A stretch of 64,000 bases of DNA from an uncultured Pelagibacteraceae bacterium (GCA_902599335.1 CACKFA010000005.1:39420-103419), one strand, 5' to 3'; shown: positions 9,251 to 23,104, numbered from the stretch's first letter. A program made the numbers and translations. The notes: a model not told the origin generated them from the letters alone.

Positions 9251-10201
9251 TTACTCTAAAACACGTACTGGCTTTCCATTAACACAAGCCTCTAATCCTT
9301 CAATCATTTGATTATAAAAAATACTATAATTTTCTGCTGTAACATAACCTATGTGTGGAGTAAGAAGTGCATTAGGTAAAAATCTTAGTTTATTATTTTC
9401 AGGTAAAGGTTCTTTATCATAGACATCAATTCCAGCTCCCGCAATTACATTGGTTGATAATGCAATAATTAAATCATCCTCATTAACAATAGGTCCTCTA
9501 GAAGTATTTATCAAAAAAGCTGTCTTTTTCATTTTATCAAATTCTTTTATGGTAATACAGTCTTTGTATCTTTCACCTCCTTGAACGTGAATTGAAAGTA
9601 CATCAGAATTTGTGATTAAGTCATCTTTGCTACGAGGGAGTACATCTAATTCTTTGCACTTATCTAAGCTCAAATTTTCACTCCAGGCCATTACTTGCAT
9701 TCCAAATGCTTTTCCAATTTTTGCAACTTCTGTACCTACTCTGCCTAGACCAATTAATCCTAAGATTTTTCCTTTTAATTCTACACCAATGGTTGTTTGC
9801 CAGTATCCTTGGTACATATTATCAAACTCTTCCTTAAAATTTCTTGCTAAACCAAGGATAAGTGCCCAAGTCAATTCAGGTGTTGGATTTAAGTTTATAT
9901 CTGTTCCACAAACTATAATTTTTCTTTTCTTTGCAGCATCTAAATCAATAGATTTGTTTCTTAATCCACTTGTGATAATAAATTTTAAATCATTTAAATT
10001 ATCAATTAAATTTTTTGTAATTGGAGTTCTTTCTCTCATTATTAATAAAGCTTCAAAATCAGCTAACTGATCAATTGCATCTGCTTCATCTAAAAAAGGT
10101 TCGCTAAAAATCTTAAACTCATATTTTCCTGAAAGTTTTTCTAAATCTACAAATTGTTGAGCAACATTTTGATAATCGTCTAATATAGCAACTTTAAGCA
10201 T
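9251..10201 (-). CDS. D-2-hydroxyacid dehydrogenase family protein
   Basis: GLIGLGRVG, LINTSRG, DVYDKEP, TPHIG. Start probably MLKVAILDD at 10201. Confidence 0.9.
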   Translation of the reverse strand: MLKVAILDDYQNVAQQFVDLEKLSGKYEFKIFSEPFLDEADAIDQLADFEALLIMRERTPITKNLIDNLNDLKFIITSGLRNKSIDLDAAKKRKIIVCGTDINLNPTPELTWALILGLARNFKEEFDNMYQGYWQTTIGVELKGKILGLIGLGRVGTEVAKIGKAFGMQVMAWSENLSLDKCKELDVLPRSKDDLITNSDVLSIHVQGGERYKDCITIKEFDKMKKTAFLINTSRGPIVNEDDLIIALSTNVIAGAGIDVYDKEPLPENNKLRFLPNALLTPHIGYVTAENYSIFYNQMIEGLEACVNGKPVRVLE

Positions 10202-11096
10202 TTTTAACTTTCTTATTTGATAACAATATTCCTGTAACAATAAAACAAGCGCCTAAAATATGATAAAACATAAATTTTTCACTAAAAAAAATCATCGCCA
10301 TTATGGCACTTAAAATTGGCATTAAATGTAAAAAAACTCCAGATCTATTAGCACCAATCATAGATATTCCTTTTATCCATAAAAGAAATGATGCTAAACC
10401 TGGGAACAAAACTACATAAGACAAGATTAAAATGAATGGTAATTCTAAATTAATTCTGAAACCAATTTGATATTCAATAAAATAAACTGGAATTAAAAAT
10501 ATTAAGCCAAAAGTAATTACAACTTGTAATAATGATATTTGAGTTAACTCATATTGCTTTCCCTTTAACAATGTTGAGTATAAAGCCCATGAAAACATCG
10601 CAATCACCATTGTAATATCACCTTTATTAAAATCTAAATTTTTTAATATTTCCAAATTTGCTTTTGTGATAATCATAATCACACCTGCAAAAGAGAATAC
10701 TACCCCTATAATTTGAAAAATATTTGTCTTTTCAATTTTTAAAATTGAAGAAAATAACATGATCATCACAGGTATAGTTGAAATCATTAAAACTCCACTA
10801 ATCACCTGAGTAAAATTTAATGAATAATAAACAATTGAATTAAATACCGTTATACTAGTAACTCCCAAAACAATAAAAAGTTTATAGTTTTTAATTATGT
10901 AGTTTCTTTTTTCTAAAATTTCAGTAATTGTGAAAGGGGCTAAAATTAACCAAGCAAAGAGCCATCGGTAAAAATTTAGTGAAAAAGGAGGAACTTCATA
11001 AAAACTTGCAAGTTTACCTACTACAAAATTTCCCGCCCAAAAAGTTACTGTTAAAAATAGATATAAATAAGCTAAAAAATTATTATCTTTAGTCAC
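10194..11096 (-). CDS. EamA/DMT-family transporter
   Basis: About 10 TM segments, FWAGNFVVGK, duplicated EamA architecture. Confidence 0.85.
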   Translation of the reverse strand: MTKDNNFLAYLYLFLTVTFWAGNFVVGKLASFYEVPPFSLNFYRWLFAWLILAPFTITEILEKRNYIIKNYKLFIVLGVTSITVFNSIVYYSLNFTQVISGVLMISTIPVMIMLFSSILKIEKTNIFQIIGVVFSFAGVIMIITKANLEILKNLDFNKGDITMVIAMFSWALYSTLLKGKQYELTQISLLQVVITFGLIFLIPVYFIEYQIGFRINLELPFILILSYVVLFPGLASFLLWIKGISMIGANRSGVFLHLMPILSAIMAMIFFSEKFMFYHILGACFIVTGILLSNKKVKNA

Positions 11097-12338
11097 TTAA
11101 CTAAATCTAAGCGAACTATAAGGTTTTAAATCTAAATTTGTATTTTCGTTCGCTATCATCCCTGAAACAATCTTTCCAGAAATTGGTCCTAAAGTCCATC
11201 CTAAATGATGATGTCCAAAGCAATAATAAATATTTTTGTAATTTTTTGATGGCCCCATAATAGGTAAAAAATCCGGTAAAGTTGGTCTAAAACCTAGCCA
11301 CTCATCCTCATGCTCTGGTAAATCACCAAGCATATATTTTGCATTATTTATCAAATTTTTAACTCTTGATTTAGATAATGGATTATCTAATCCACCAAAT
11401 TCTACAGTTCCAACAACTCTTAAACCTTGTTCCATCGGTGTAATTCCAAATCCACGATTGGAAAATATTACGGGTCTACTTAATAAATGATCACAATTTT
11501 TGAAATGAACATGATATCCACGCTCTGTATCTAAGGGTATTTTTTCACCAAGATTATCTGTTAATTTTTTTGAAAAAGCTCCACAAGCTATTACTGCTTT
11601 ATCAAAAATATAACTTTGGGTTTCAGTTTTAAAAACTGGTTTTTCTTCATCAAAATTAATATCTTTAACATTTACTTTGTTAAATTTTCCACCTTTTTGC
11701 AAAAATAAATCAAATAATTTTAAAAGAATTTTTTTTGGATTTCTTGCATGTCTTGCAGAAGGATAGAATACACCTGCATGATAAAATGGTTTTATATGTG
11801 GTTCAAGATCATGAATCTCAGCTTTATTTACTAATTGTTGTTCAACTCCTAATTCTTCCCTTACTCTGATTTCTAATTCTCTGCTTTTTAAATCCTTGTC
11901 ATTCCAAATATAAAGAATGCCTTTGTTTTCAACCAAACCTTCTAAGTTTATCTCTTCAAACAATTCATCATATGCAGGTAAAGCCAGATCTAAAATTTGG
12001 TGCATATTTTTAGCAGTATGCATCATCTTAGTTTTAGTAGTATTCATTATAAATTTTATAAACCATGGAATCATTTTAGGAACATAATTCCATTTTAAAG
12101 CAAGGGGACCTGAAGAACTAAGCAACATTGCGGGCACATCCGCTAAAATATCAGTTCTGTTTAAAGAAAGAGATGCATATGGCGAAAAGTGACCTGCATT
12201 ACCATAAGAGGCGGCTTGGCTCCCTGGATTATCTCTATCAAAAATAGTTACGTTGAAACCTTTTTTTTGAAGAAACAAAGCGTTAGATACACCTTGAATT
12301 CCTGCTCCAACTATTCCTACTTTAAGATTTTTATTCAT
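11097..12338 (-). CDS. FAD-dependent oxidoreductase (D-amino acid dehydrogenase DadA-like)
   Basis: GAGIQG FAD site, ASYGNAG, WLGFRPTLPD, GHHHLGWTLGP. Start probably 12338. Confidence 0.85.
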   Translation of the reverse strand: MNKNLKVGIVGAGIQGVSNALFLQKKGFNVTIFDRDNPGSQAASYGNAGHFSPYASLSLNRTDILADVPAMLLSSSGPLALKWNYVPKMIPWFIKFIMNTTKTKMMHTAKNMHQILDLALPAYDELFEEINLEGLVENKGILYIWNDKDLKSRELEIRVREELGVEQQLVNKAEIHDLEPHIKPFYHAGVFYPSARHARNPKKILLKLFDLFLQKGGKFNKVNVKDINFDEEKPVFKTETQSYIFDKAVIACGAFSKKLTDNLGEKIPLDTERGYHVHFKNCDHLLSRPVIFSNRGFGITPMEQGLRVVGTVEFGGLDNPLSKSRVKNLINNAKYMLGDLPEHEDEWLGFRPTLPDFLPIMGPSKNYKNIYYCFGHHHLGWTLGPISGKIVSGMIANENTNLDLKPYSSLRFS

Positions 12339-12381
12339 ACGATTGTTATACAAGTAAATATTAAATTATTAGAGTGACAAA

Positions 12382-13506
12382 TTATGCAATCATTTGTTTG
12401 TGATTTATTTTTGCACTCAATACTATGCCAAAACCAATCATAGTAGCTAACATTGAAGAACCTCCATAGGACATGATGGGTAATGGAGAACCAACTATAG
12501 GTAGCAGACCCAAAACCATAGATAGGTTTACCACTACGTAAATAAAAATTGCAAAAGCATAACCAAAACAAAAAAGTCTAGCAAAATTACTCCTCGAAAT
12601 AGATCCTATTCTTACAATTCTAAAAATTATTATTGAGTATAATATTAAAAGACCAACTGAGCCTATAAAACCAAACTCTTCTGAAAATAAAGTGAATATA
12701 AAATCTGTATGTTTTTCAGGTAAAAAATCTAAATAACTCTGGGTTCCTTTTAAAAAACCTTTTCCATTAATACCACCTGAGCCAATAGCTATTTTTGACT
12801 GTATAATTTGATATCCAGCACCCAATGGATCTCTGTCTGGATCTAAAAAAGTTAATATTCTTAATTTTTGATATGGTTTAAGGAATGAAATTATAAATGG
12901 TAGAGAAATTAAGAAAGTAATAAATGAATATATAAAGTATTTAATTTTTACACCTCCTAACCACAAAATAATTAATCCACTTAAAGCAATTAATATAGAG
13001 GTACCAAGGTCAGGCTGAGAAATTACAAAAATTATTGGAATTATTATTATTGATAAAACAATAATTATACTTGTAAATGAATTAACATTTTCTATTTTTA
13101 ATCTATGATAATATTTCGCAAGACACATTATAATTGCTATTTTCATAAGTTCTGAGGGTTGAAGCACAAAAAGATATACATCCATCCATCTTTGTGAACC
13201 AGAGGACTTTATTCCAAAAAATGAAACATAAATTAATAAAAGTATTACTATAAAATAGATTATATAAGAAAAGTTATGCCAAAATTTTATGTTAAAGAAA
13301 GCCACAAAAATCATTAAGGGGAAAAAAACTGCAAGTTTTACAAAATGATTTTTAGTATGAAAAAGTATTTCACCCCCATCAGTAGAATACATAACAAAAA
13401 CACTTATTACAGAAAGAGCGATAACAGAAATTAATAATATATAATCTAAGTTTTTTATTTTTTGAAATAATGTAATCTCACTATTCAATCTGTCGTGTTG
13501 AAACAT
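12382..13506 (-). CDS. rodA: Rod shape-determining protein RodA (SEDS)
   Basis: QRW, QPSE, QPDLGT, GYQIIQSKIAIGSGG, LPEKHTDFIF. Confidence 0.95.
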   Translation of the reverse strand: MFQHDRLNSEITLFQKIKNLDYILLISVIALSVISVFVMYSTDGGEILFHTKNHFVKLAVFFPLMIFVAFFNIKFWHNFSYIIYFIVILLLIYVSFFGIKSSGSQRWMDVYLFVLQPSELMKIAIIMCLAKYYHRLKIENVNSFTSIIIVLSIIIIPIIFVISQPDLGTSILIALSGLIILWLGGVKIKYFIYSFITFLISLPFIISFLKPYQKLRILTFLDPDRDPLGAGYQIIQSKIAIGSGGINGKGFLKGTQSYLDFLPEKHTDFIFTLFSEEFGFIGSVGLLILYSIIIFRIVRIGSISRSNFARLFCFGYAFAIFIYVVVNLSMVLGLLPIVGSPLPIMSYGGSSMLATMIGFGIVLSAKINHKQMIA

Positions 13507-15429
13507 TTAAATAGTAATCCTCTCAAAATTTGATTGTTTATTTCTTAATTCGTGTCTATCAATAATTAATTTGAATAATTTTTTTGCAATAGGTGCGGCT
13601 GCTTTACTTCCTGAGCCACCATGCTCTACAATAATACTCAAAGCATATCTTGGATTTATATAAGGACCATAAGCAATATATAAGGCATGGTCTCTATCTT
13701 TGTAAGGTATTTGCTCTAATTCCAAATCTAGTTCTCTTTCTCTTTTGCTTATTCTCTTAACCTGTGCTGTTCCAGTTTTTCCTGCAAATTGATATTTAGG
13801 ATCATCAATTCTTGACTTATAAGAGGTTCCAAATCTTTCATTAGTTGAACTGAACATTGCTTCCTGAACAATTTTAATATTTTTTTTATCTTTAAATAAT
13901 TTTTTATCCAATAAAGACTCTGAGTTAGTGTCAAATAATAACCCGCTTTCCATTGATTGCTTTGCATCTTCATAAGAAATTGGGTTGTTATCAACAATTA
14001 TTTTAGGTTTGATCGCATAACCTCCATTCGCAATTTGTGCCGTCATCATGCAGAGTTGTAGGGGCGTTGATTGGATATAACCTTGACCAATACCTGTTAT
14101 TAAAGTCTCACCTAATACCCAGCCCCTGCCAAGATTATTTTTTTTCCATTTTGTATTTGGGAATAGTCCTTTTTTTTCAGTATCAAAATATTCACCAAGT
14201 ACTTTTTTGCCTAAACCAAACTTTTCAGCTGTAATATTTAATCGGTCAACACCTAACAGTCTTGCAACCTCATAAAAATATGTATCACATGATTGTTTCA
14301 TTGCATTTTTCAAGCTTACCCAACCATGTCCTTTTTCCTTCCAACAGTGAAATGTTTGTCCATATAACTCCATTTTTCCTGTGCATTTAACTTTAAACTT
14401 TGTATCTATTACTTTGTTTTCTAAAGCTGAAAGCGCAACGATAGGTTTTATTGTTGAACCTGGCGAGTATAGACCCGAAAGAGTTTTGTTTATTAATGGT
14501 TTTAATGGATTATTTCTAATTAATTGCCACTCATCTTGACTTATTCCGAATAAAAATAAATTTGGATTATAAGATGGAGATGAATACATTGCTATTATAT
14601 CTCCAGTATAGATATCCATTACACTTATAGATCCTGCTTTTTCATTTAACAATTTCCCACAAGCTTTTTGTATTTCTGTATCTACAGTTAAACGTATTTT
14701 TGATCCTTGCTCACCTTTTTGATGCTCGAGTTGATTAATTCTTTTACCGTAAGCATTTACTTCATATCTTTGAATAGCATTTGTTCCAATTAAATGATTT
14801 TCAAGTCTTTTCTCTAAGCCCAGTTTTCCAATTTTCATTCCTGGTACAAATCTTTCTTGGATAATTTCATTTTCTAAAATTTCTTGTTCATTTGGTTGAC
14901 TCACATATCCAAGAACATGTGTATATACATCATTAAATGGATAGTTTCTGGATATTGTCATTACTGGTTTAATACCAACAAGATCGTATAAATAATTATT
15001 AATTTTTACAAATTGACTCCAGCTTAAGTTTTCAGAAACAATAATACTGTCCCACGGTTTTAGCTCTGCCTTTAATTTATTTATTCTTGCAATTCTTTTG
15101 TCACTTAGATTTAAAAGATTTTTCAATCTAACTAGTAAATAATTAAAATTCTCAACTTGCTCTGGAATTATATGTAATTGATAAACTTTTAAATTCCCCG
15201 CAATTACATTTCCAAAATAATCAACAATATTTCCCCTTGTAGGTGGGAGTTTCCATTCTCTAATTCTGTTCTTGTCTGAAAGAGTAAGATATTTTTTATT
15301 TTCGTTTATTTGAAGAGAAAACAAACGAGCAACGATACCAACAAAAACTACTACTTTTGCTGCTCCGATTATGAACATCCTTCTATTAATTACATCTGTT
15401 TTTCTTATTCCTGAATTAGATTTAATCAT
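13507..15429 (-). CDS. mrdA: Penicillin-binding protein 2
   Basis: PGSTIK (SxxK), SCD, KTGTAQ; lies between mreD and rodA. Confidence 0.95.
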   Translation of the reverse strand: MIKSNSGIRKTDVINRRMFIIGAAKVVVFVGIVARLFSLQINENKKYLTLSDKNRIREWKLPPTRGNIVDYFGNVIAGNLKVYQLHIIPEQVENFNYLLVRLKNLLNLSDKRIARINKLKAELKPWDSIIVSENLSWSQFVKINNYLYDLVGIKPVMTISRNYPFNDVYTHVLGYVSQPNEQEILENEIIQERFVPGMKIGKLGLEKRLENHLIGTNAIQRYEVNAYGKRINQLEHQKGEQGSKIRLTVDTEIQKACGKLLNEKAGSISVMDIYTGDIIAMYSSPSYNPNLFLFGISQDEWQLIRNNPLKPLINKTLSGLYSPGSTIKPIVALSALENKVIDTKFKVKCTGKMELYGQTFHCWKEKGHGWVSLKNAMKQSCDTYFYEVARLLGVDRLNITAEKFGLGKKVLGEYFDTEKKGLFPNTKWKKNNLGRGWVLGETLITGIGQGYIQSTPLQLCMMTAQIANGGYAIKPKIIVDNNPISYEDAKQSMESGLLFDTNSESLLDKKLFKDKKNIKIVQEAMFSSTNERFGTSYKSRIDDPKYQFAGKTGTAQVKRISKRERELDLELEQIPYKDRDHALYIAYGPYINPRYALSIIVEHGGSGSKAAAPIAKKLFKLIIDRHELRNKQSNFERITI

Positions 15430-15940
15430 TTGTTTGATATGAAATTCTTTCGTTTAAAAAATTAAAAAATAAAAAAAATATTGGATAAAATAAAAAAGTA
15501 AAACCTGAGTTAATCAAATAATTTGTGTAATCAACTTTAATTAAAAAGACTAAATCCAAAATAATCACTTGAATTGAATTTATTAATAAAATTGTGAATA
15601 ATAATGATATCCAGTCCTTCATAAAGTTTGGAGTCAAAGTAATGTTTCTTATGTAAGCTGTTACAGAGCAAAGAATAAGGTAACAAAAACTACTAATTCC
15701 TATTGGTATACCTATTACAACATCATTAATTATTCCTGCAAAGAAAATTGCTAGATAACCTAATTGATCAGGATTTCTTAAAGTCCAAAAGAAAATTAAT
15801 AAATGAATAAAATTAAAAGCAAAATAATCAAGTTTTAAGTAATTAAAATCAAATTCGTTAAATACAGAAAAAAATAACATCATAAATGGTACGTAGGATA
15901 AGAATATTTTTAATAAAGGACTTTTATTAAGTGATGACAT
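15422..15940 (-). CDS. mreD: Rod shape-determining protein MreD
   Basis: Hydrophobic 172 aa in mreBCD-mrdA order. Confidence 0.8.
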   Translation of the reverse strand: MSSLNKSPLLKIFLSYVPFMMLFFSVFNEFDFNYLKLDYFAFNFIHLLIFFWTLRNPDQLGYLAIFFAGIINDVVIGIPIGISSFCYLILCSVTAYIRNITLTPNFMKDWISLLFTILLINSIQVIILDLVFLIKVDYTNYLINSGFTFLFYPIFFLFFNFLNERISYQTND

Positions 15941-16788
15941 TATTCTTCTCCACCTATTTTATAAGAAACTATTTTTACATAGTTGAGTTGTGTAAAATCA
16001 GAAAAAAAATTAATTTTTCCTTCTGAAATGTTGTTAATTTTTCCAATTGGTATACCAGGTTTGAATAAACCACCAAGACCTGAGGTGTAAGCAAAAATTT
16101 CTTTATTTTTAAAATCTTCTCTCAGTTCTTCTTGGGTATGTTCAATTTTTCCAAATTCACCTCCTGTACCAGAAATTACAGCTTGTATGTCATCTGGCTC
16201 TAGAACAGATGGTATTTTACTATTAAGGTCAGACAATAGTAATGCCCTTGAATTGGTATAATTTACTTCAATTATCTGGCCAACTAGATAAACATCATCA
16301 ATAACTGCCATTCCAATTTTTACTTTATCTTTTGTGCCTTTATTTAATACTACTGATTTTAAATATGGGCTGTCTTTATCAATTAAAACTCTGGCAAAAA
16401 TTTCTTGTGAATTTATACTTTCATCAAGTAACTCTCTAAGCTTTTTATTTTCTACAGTTAAAAACTTATTTTGTAATTTAAGTTTATCAGAATTTTCTAT
16501 TTTAATTAAATCTTTCTGATGACTTTCATATAAGTCAATATGTGATTTTAATTTTGATGATATTTCTTTTAATTTATTTTCTGGGATTGATGCAATATGA
16601 GATGATCTATAAATTACTTCATTAATTCCTAATTTAATAAATTGTATTGCTTTAAAATTAAAATTACTTAGAACAATTACAAAAATTGATAAAATAATTA
16701 AGGTTAGTAAAGAAAATTTTTGTTTATCTTTTTTTTTTAAGAAAGCTGACCTGATGGCAATTACAAAATCATCTCTGCCAGTAGCCAT
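15940..16788 (-). CDS. mreC: Rod shape-determining protein MreC
   Basis: N-terminal TM and coiled coil, TSGLGGLFKPGIPIG. Confidence 0.9.
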   Translation of the reverse strand: MATGRDDFVIAIRSAFLKKKDKQKFSLLTLIILSIFVIVLSNFNFKAIQFIKLGINEVIYRSSHIASIPENKLKEISSKLKSHIDLYESHQKDLIKIENSDKLKLQNKFLTVENKKLRELLDESINSQEIFARVLIDKDSPYLKSVVLNKGTKDKVKIGMAVIDDVYLVGQIIEVNYTNSRALLLSDLNSKIPSVLEPDDIQAVISGTGGEFGKIEHTQEELREDFKNKEIFAYTSGLGGLFKPGIPIGKINNISEGKINFFSDFTQLNYVKIVSYKIGGEE

Positions 16789-16793
16789 TTTTC

Positions 16794-19399
<2,606 letters not shown>

Positions 19400-19421
19400 A
19401 ACTAAAATTTTTTAGAAAATC

Positions 19422-19450
19422 TATAATACAATCTATGAGAGAGATTGCAA
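19422..19450 (-). promoter_or_regulatory. Candidate sigma70 promoter for leuA-mreBCD-mrdA-rodA
   Basis: TTGCAA-N17-TATATA with TG immediately upstream (TGn extended -10). Confidence 0.45.
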
Positions 19451-19502
19451 AATAATTAGTTAAATAATCACTTTTAATCGACCAATTTAGGCTTATGAAA
19501 AA

Positions 19503-21185
19503 TTAATTATAAATAGACTCGATTTTAGGCATTAACCTTAAAAGTTCTCTTGTGTATTCATGGCTGGGTTTTAAAAATAAATCCTCAGTGTTTGAAACCT
19601 CACACAATTTGCCATCTTTTAAGACTCCAATTTTATCACACATTTGTCTAACAACCGGTAGGTCATGGCTAATAAATAAAATTGTTAAATTTAATTGTTC
19701 TTGTAGATCTTTAAGTAAATTTAATATTTGAGCTTGGATACTTACATCCAAAGCAGAGGTAGGTTCGTCGCAAACCAAAAGTCTTGGTTGTGTAGCAAGC
19801 GCTCTTGCAATTGATATTCTCTGTCTCTGTCCTCCTGAAAATTCATGTGGATATCGATCTGCAGATTTTTGAGTTAATTCTACAGACTCAAGTAAATCAT
19901 AAATATAACTATTTAAATCTATATTTGATATTGATGGGTTATGAAGTGTGATTGGTTCTGCAATTATATCTTTTACTTTTAATCTTCCATTTAGTGAAGA
20001 ATATGGATCTTGAAATATCATTTGAATTTGTTTTCTAAATTTCATTAATCCAGATCTTTGTTTTATTTTTGTAATACAAACGTTATCAAAAAAGATATCT
20101 CCAGAAGTAGGTTTAAATAAATTTACGATCATTTTTGCAATTGTAGATTTTCCACTTCCACTTTCTCCTACTAAGCCAAAAGACTCACCTTCTTTTATAT
20201 CAAAAGAAACATCATTAACAGCCATCACTGAATTCTTAGAACTTTCTGTAAAAAAATTATCATCAAAACTTTTATTCAAATTTTTTATCTGAACTAAATC
20301 TTGATTTATAATTTCTTTCTTTGACCATCTGCTTAATATTTTGATATTATTCTCTTTTTTATTATTTTTTTCTTTTTCAACTATTACAAATCTTGAAATT
20401 TTTTTATTAGTTGGTGGAACTGAACTTACTAAACTTTTAGTATAATTTTCTTGTGGTTTAGTTAATATTTTTTTAGTTTCACCAATTTCAATTAAATTGC
20501 CGCTTTTCATAACTGCAACTCGGTCTGCAGTTTCAGCTATAACTCCCATATCATGTGTAATTAAGATAACCGCAAGGTTTCTTTCTTTTGTTAATTTTTT
20601 AATAAGTTCTAAAATCTGAGATTGAATTGATACATCTAATGCTGTTGTCGGTTCATCTGCAATTAACAATTCTGGCTCGCAACATAGAGCTAAAGAAATT
20701 ACTACTCGCTGTCTCATTCCACCTGAGAATTGATGAGGATAATTATCAAATCTTGTTTCTGCATCTTTTATGCCAACTTCTTTCAATAGATTGATAGATT
20801 TATTTTTTGCTTCCTCTTTACTTAGTTTAAGATGAGTTTGAATTGTTTCAATTAACTGTTCACCCACAGTAAGAATTGGGTTAAGTGAAGTTTGAGGATC
20901 TTGAAATATCAATCCAATTTTATTTCCTCTATATTTTACAATACTTTCAGAATTTTCATGAATGTTGAGATCACCTAAAATAACTGCACCACTAGAAACC
21001 TTACCTGGTTCATCAATTAAATTTATAATAGCGTTTCCTACAGTGCTTTTTCCTGATCCAGATTCTCCTACTAATCCTAAAATTTCTCCTTTATTAACCT
21101 CAATATTTATATTCTTAGCAGCGTAAATTGTTTCTTTTCTCATTTGATAATCAACACTAAGATTATTTATTTTTAAAAATGTCAT
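19503..21185 (-). CDS. Dpp/Opp-type ABC transporter, fused double ATPase
   Basis: Two GESGSGKST, FSGGMRQR and FSGGQRQR. Start MTFLKINN at 21185 (ATGA overlap with upstream stop). Confidence 0.9.
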   Translation of the reverse strand: MTFLKINNLSVDYQMRKETIYAAKNINIEVNKGEILGLVGESGSGKSTVGNAIINLIDEPGKVSSGAVILGDLNIHENSESIVKYRGNKIGLIFQDPQTSLNPILTVGEQLIETIQTHLKLSKEEAKNKSINLLKEVGIKDAETRFDNYPHQFSGGMRQRVVISLALCCEPELLIADEPTTALDVSIQSQILELIKKLTKERNLAVILITHDMGVIAETADRVAVMKSGNLIEIGETKKILTKPQENYTKSLVSSVPPTNKKISRFVIVEKEKNNKKENNIKILSRWSKKEIINQDLVQIKNLNKSFDDNFFTESSKNSVMAVNDVSFDIKEGESFGLVGESGSGKSTIAKMIVNLFKPTSGDIFFDNVCITKIKQRSGLMKFRKQIQMIFQDPYSSLNGRLKVKDIIAEPITLHNPSISNIDLNSYIYDLLESVELTQKSADRYPHEFSGGQRQRISIARALATQPRLLVCDEPTSALDVSIQAQILNLLKDLQEQLNLTILFISHDLPVVRQMCDKIGVLKDGKLCEVSNTEDLFLKPSHEYTRELLRLMPKIESIYN

Positions 21186-22111
21186 TTTTTTAATTTTGGA
21201 TTTAAAGTATCTCTCATCCAATCCCCTAATAAATTTATTGAAAATGCTAAAATAACTAAGAAAATTGCTGGAAAAAAAGTTATCCACCATTCTCCTGAAA
21301 ATAAAAAGTCATTACCAAGTCTTATCAATGTACCTAAAGAAGGTGTTGTTGGAGGTACGCCAACTCCTAAAAAACTTAAAGTAGACTCAGCTAAAATAGC
21401 AAGAGCTAAACCAATAGTTCCAATTACTAATACTGGTCTTAAAATATTTGGTAAAATATGTTTAAACATAATTATTATATTTGAAACACCGATGATAGTT
21501 GATGCTGAAACATAGTCTTTATTTTTTTCCACCAAAGTTGCAGCTCTAGAAACTCTTGCAAATTGTGGCCACTCTGAAATTCCGATTGCAAATATTAAAA
21601 CATAAATTGCCATTTCATCATGCATTTCTCTAGAGATTAATCCTCTTGCTATTCCATCAACCAACAATGCCATCAAAATACTAGGTACTGTTAACTGAAC
21701 ATCAGTTAACCTCATTACTATCATTTCGTATTTTCCTCCAAAAAATCCAGCTGTTAATCCCAATCCAACTCCAAGAATTAAACTAAAAATTATCGCAGAA
21801 AAACCTACAATTAAAGAAATTCTACATCCATACAAAATTGTAGATAACATATCTCTTCCTTGTCCATCAGTACCTAAAATAAATTTAGCAAGACCATCTT
21901 CTGTCCATGATGGTGGTGTGAAGGCATCCATAAGTGAAAGAGAGGATGGGTCAAAAGGATTATATGGTGTTATTAGCTCAACAAAGAAAGAGCAGAAAAA
22001 GATTATAAACAGAATTGTAGATGATACAATTGCAGTAGGAGATTTAATAAAGCTATGATAAATATCACTATCTTTTATTCTTTTCCAAGTACTTAAAGAT
22101 TTATTATCCAC
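21182..22111 (-). CDS. Dpp/Opp-type ABC permease (DppC-like)
   Basis: LGTDGQGRD, KHILPN, ESTLSFLG. Confidence 0.9.
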   Translation of the reverse strand: MDNKSLSTWKRIKDSDIYHSFIKSPTAIVSSTILFIIFFCSFFVELITPYNPFDPSSLSLMDAFTPPSWTEDGLAKFILGTDGQGRDMLSTILYGCRISLIVGFSAIIFSLILGVGLGLTAGFFGGKYEMIVMRLTDVQLTVPSILMALLVDGIARGLISREMHDEMAIYVLIFAIGISEWPQFARVSRAATLVEKNKDYVSASTIIGVSNIIIMFKHILPNILRPVLVIGTIGLALAILAESTLSFLGVGVPPTTPSLGTLIRLGNDFLFSGEWWITFFPAIFLVILAFSINLLGDWMRDTLNPKLKK

Positions 22112-23087
22112 TTGCGGTATCTCCTTTAACTCTTATTCTTGGATCAATTAAATAATAAAGAATATCAACTATAAAATTTATCATTACGAAAACAAAAGCT
22201 ATAAATACCAAATAAGCTGACATGATTGGTATATCTACGAATTGAACTGCTTGAATAAATAAGAAGCCCATTCCAGGCCATTGAAAAACAGTTTCAGTAA
22301 TAATTGAAAACGCAATTAGTGTTCCAATATTTATTCCTGCTATAGTTATTACAGGTATCAATCCATTTTTTAGTGCATGTTTATATTTAATACTATTTTC
22401 ACTAATACCTCGAGCACGCGCAAATTTAATATAATCTGTTTGTAATATTTCCATCATCTCTGCTCGCACTAATCTGATTATATATGTCATTTGGAAAAGG
22501 CTTAATGTTACTGAAGGAAGTATAATTGCTTTAAGTCCTGAAACTGTTAAAAAGCCTGTGGTCCAAAAACCTAAATCAACAACCTCTCCTCTTCCAAAAG
22601 AGGGTAGTATTCCTAAGATTACTGCAAACAAATATATAAATAATATACCAATTACAAATGTGGGGAGTGAAACTCCCAATAAGGAGATGGCTAAAACAAA
22701 ATCACTTAAAAAACCTTTTCGATTTATACCTGTATAAACTCCTAGTAATGTGCCTGTTACAAGTGCAATTAGTGCTGAGATAACTACAAGTTCAATAGTT
22801 GCGGGTAATCTTTCAACTATTAATTCTGAAACAGGTCTTCTTAATTGATATGAAATTCCAAACTCACCCTTAGAAGCATTAACTATAAATCTAGAAAATT
22901 GGACGTGAATTGGATCCATCAAACCCAATGTTTCTCTTAATTCTGCTCTTTCCTCATCAGAAGTTTCTTCTCCAACCATGTTATTGATTGGATCTCCAAC
23001 AAAATTAAATAAAGAGAAAGACACAAAGGCGACAACCAACATCACCAAAGCAGATTGAAACAGCCTTTTAAAAAAATAATTTATCAA
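22104..23087 (-). CDS. Dpp/Opp-type ABC permease (DppB-like), TTG start
   Basis: DYIKFARARG, HALKN, ETVFQWPGMG. Confidence 0.9.
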   Translation of the reverse strand: MINYFFKRLFQSALVMLVVAFVSFSLFNFVGDPINNMVGEETSDEERAELRETLGLMDPIHVQFSRFIVNASKGEFGISYQLRRPVSELIVERLPATIELVVISALIALVTGTLLGVYTGINRKGFLSDFVLAISLLGVSLPTFVIGILFIYLFAVILGILPSFGRGEVVDLGFWTTGFLTVSGLKAIILPSVTLSLFQMTYIIRLVRAEMMEILQTDYIKFARARGISENSIKYKHALKNGLIPVITIAGINIGTLIAFSIITETVFQWPGMGFLFIQAVQFVDIPIMSAYLVFIAFVFVMINFIVDILYYLIDPRIRVKGDTASG

Positions 23088-23104
23088 TTTGTGAAGGTTT
23101 AAAT

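Noticed and set aside
9612-10070. 152-aa + strand ORF (and similar antisense ORFs inside livK, ppdK, dxs, ilvI)
   Set aside because: Wholly antisense to well-supported core genes.
21186-21290. Long N-terminal extensions in the ORF track (peptide ABC ATPase; also glyQ, D-2-hydroxyacid dehydrogenase, dadA-like, azlD)
   Set aside because: Upstream in-frame starts overlap the previous gene; downstream ATGs give normal lengths and mostly short stop/start overlaps.
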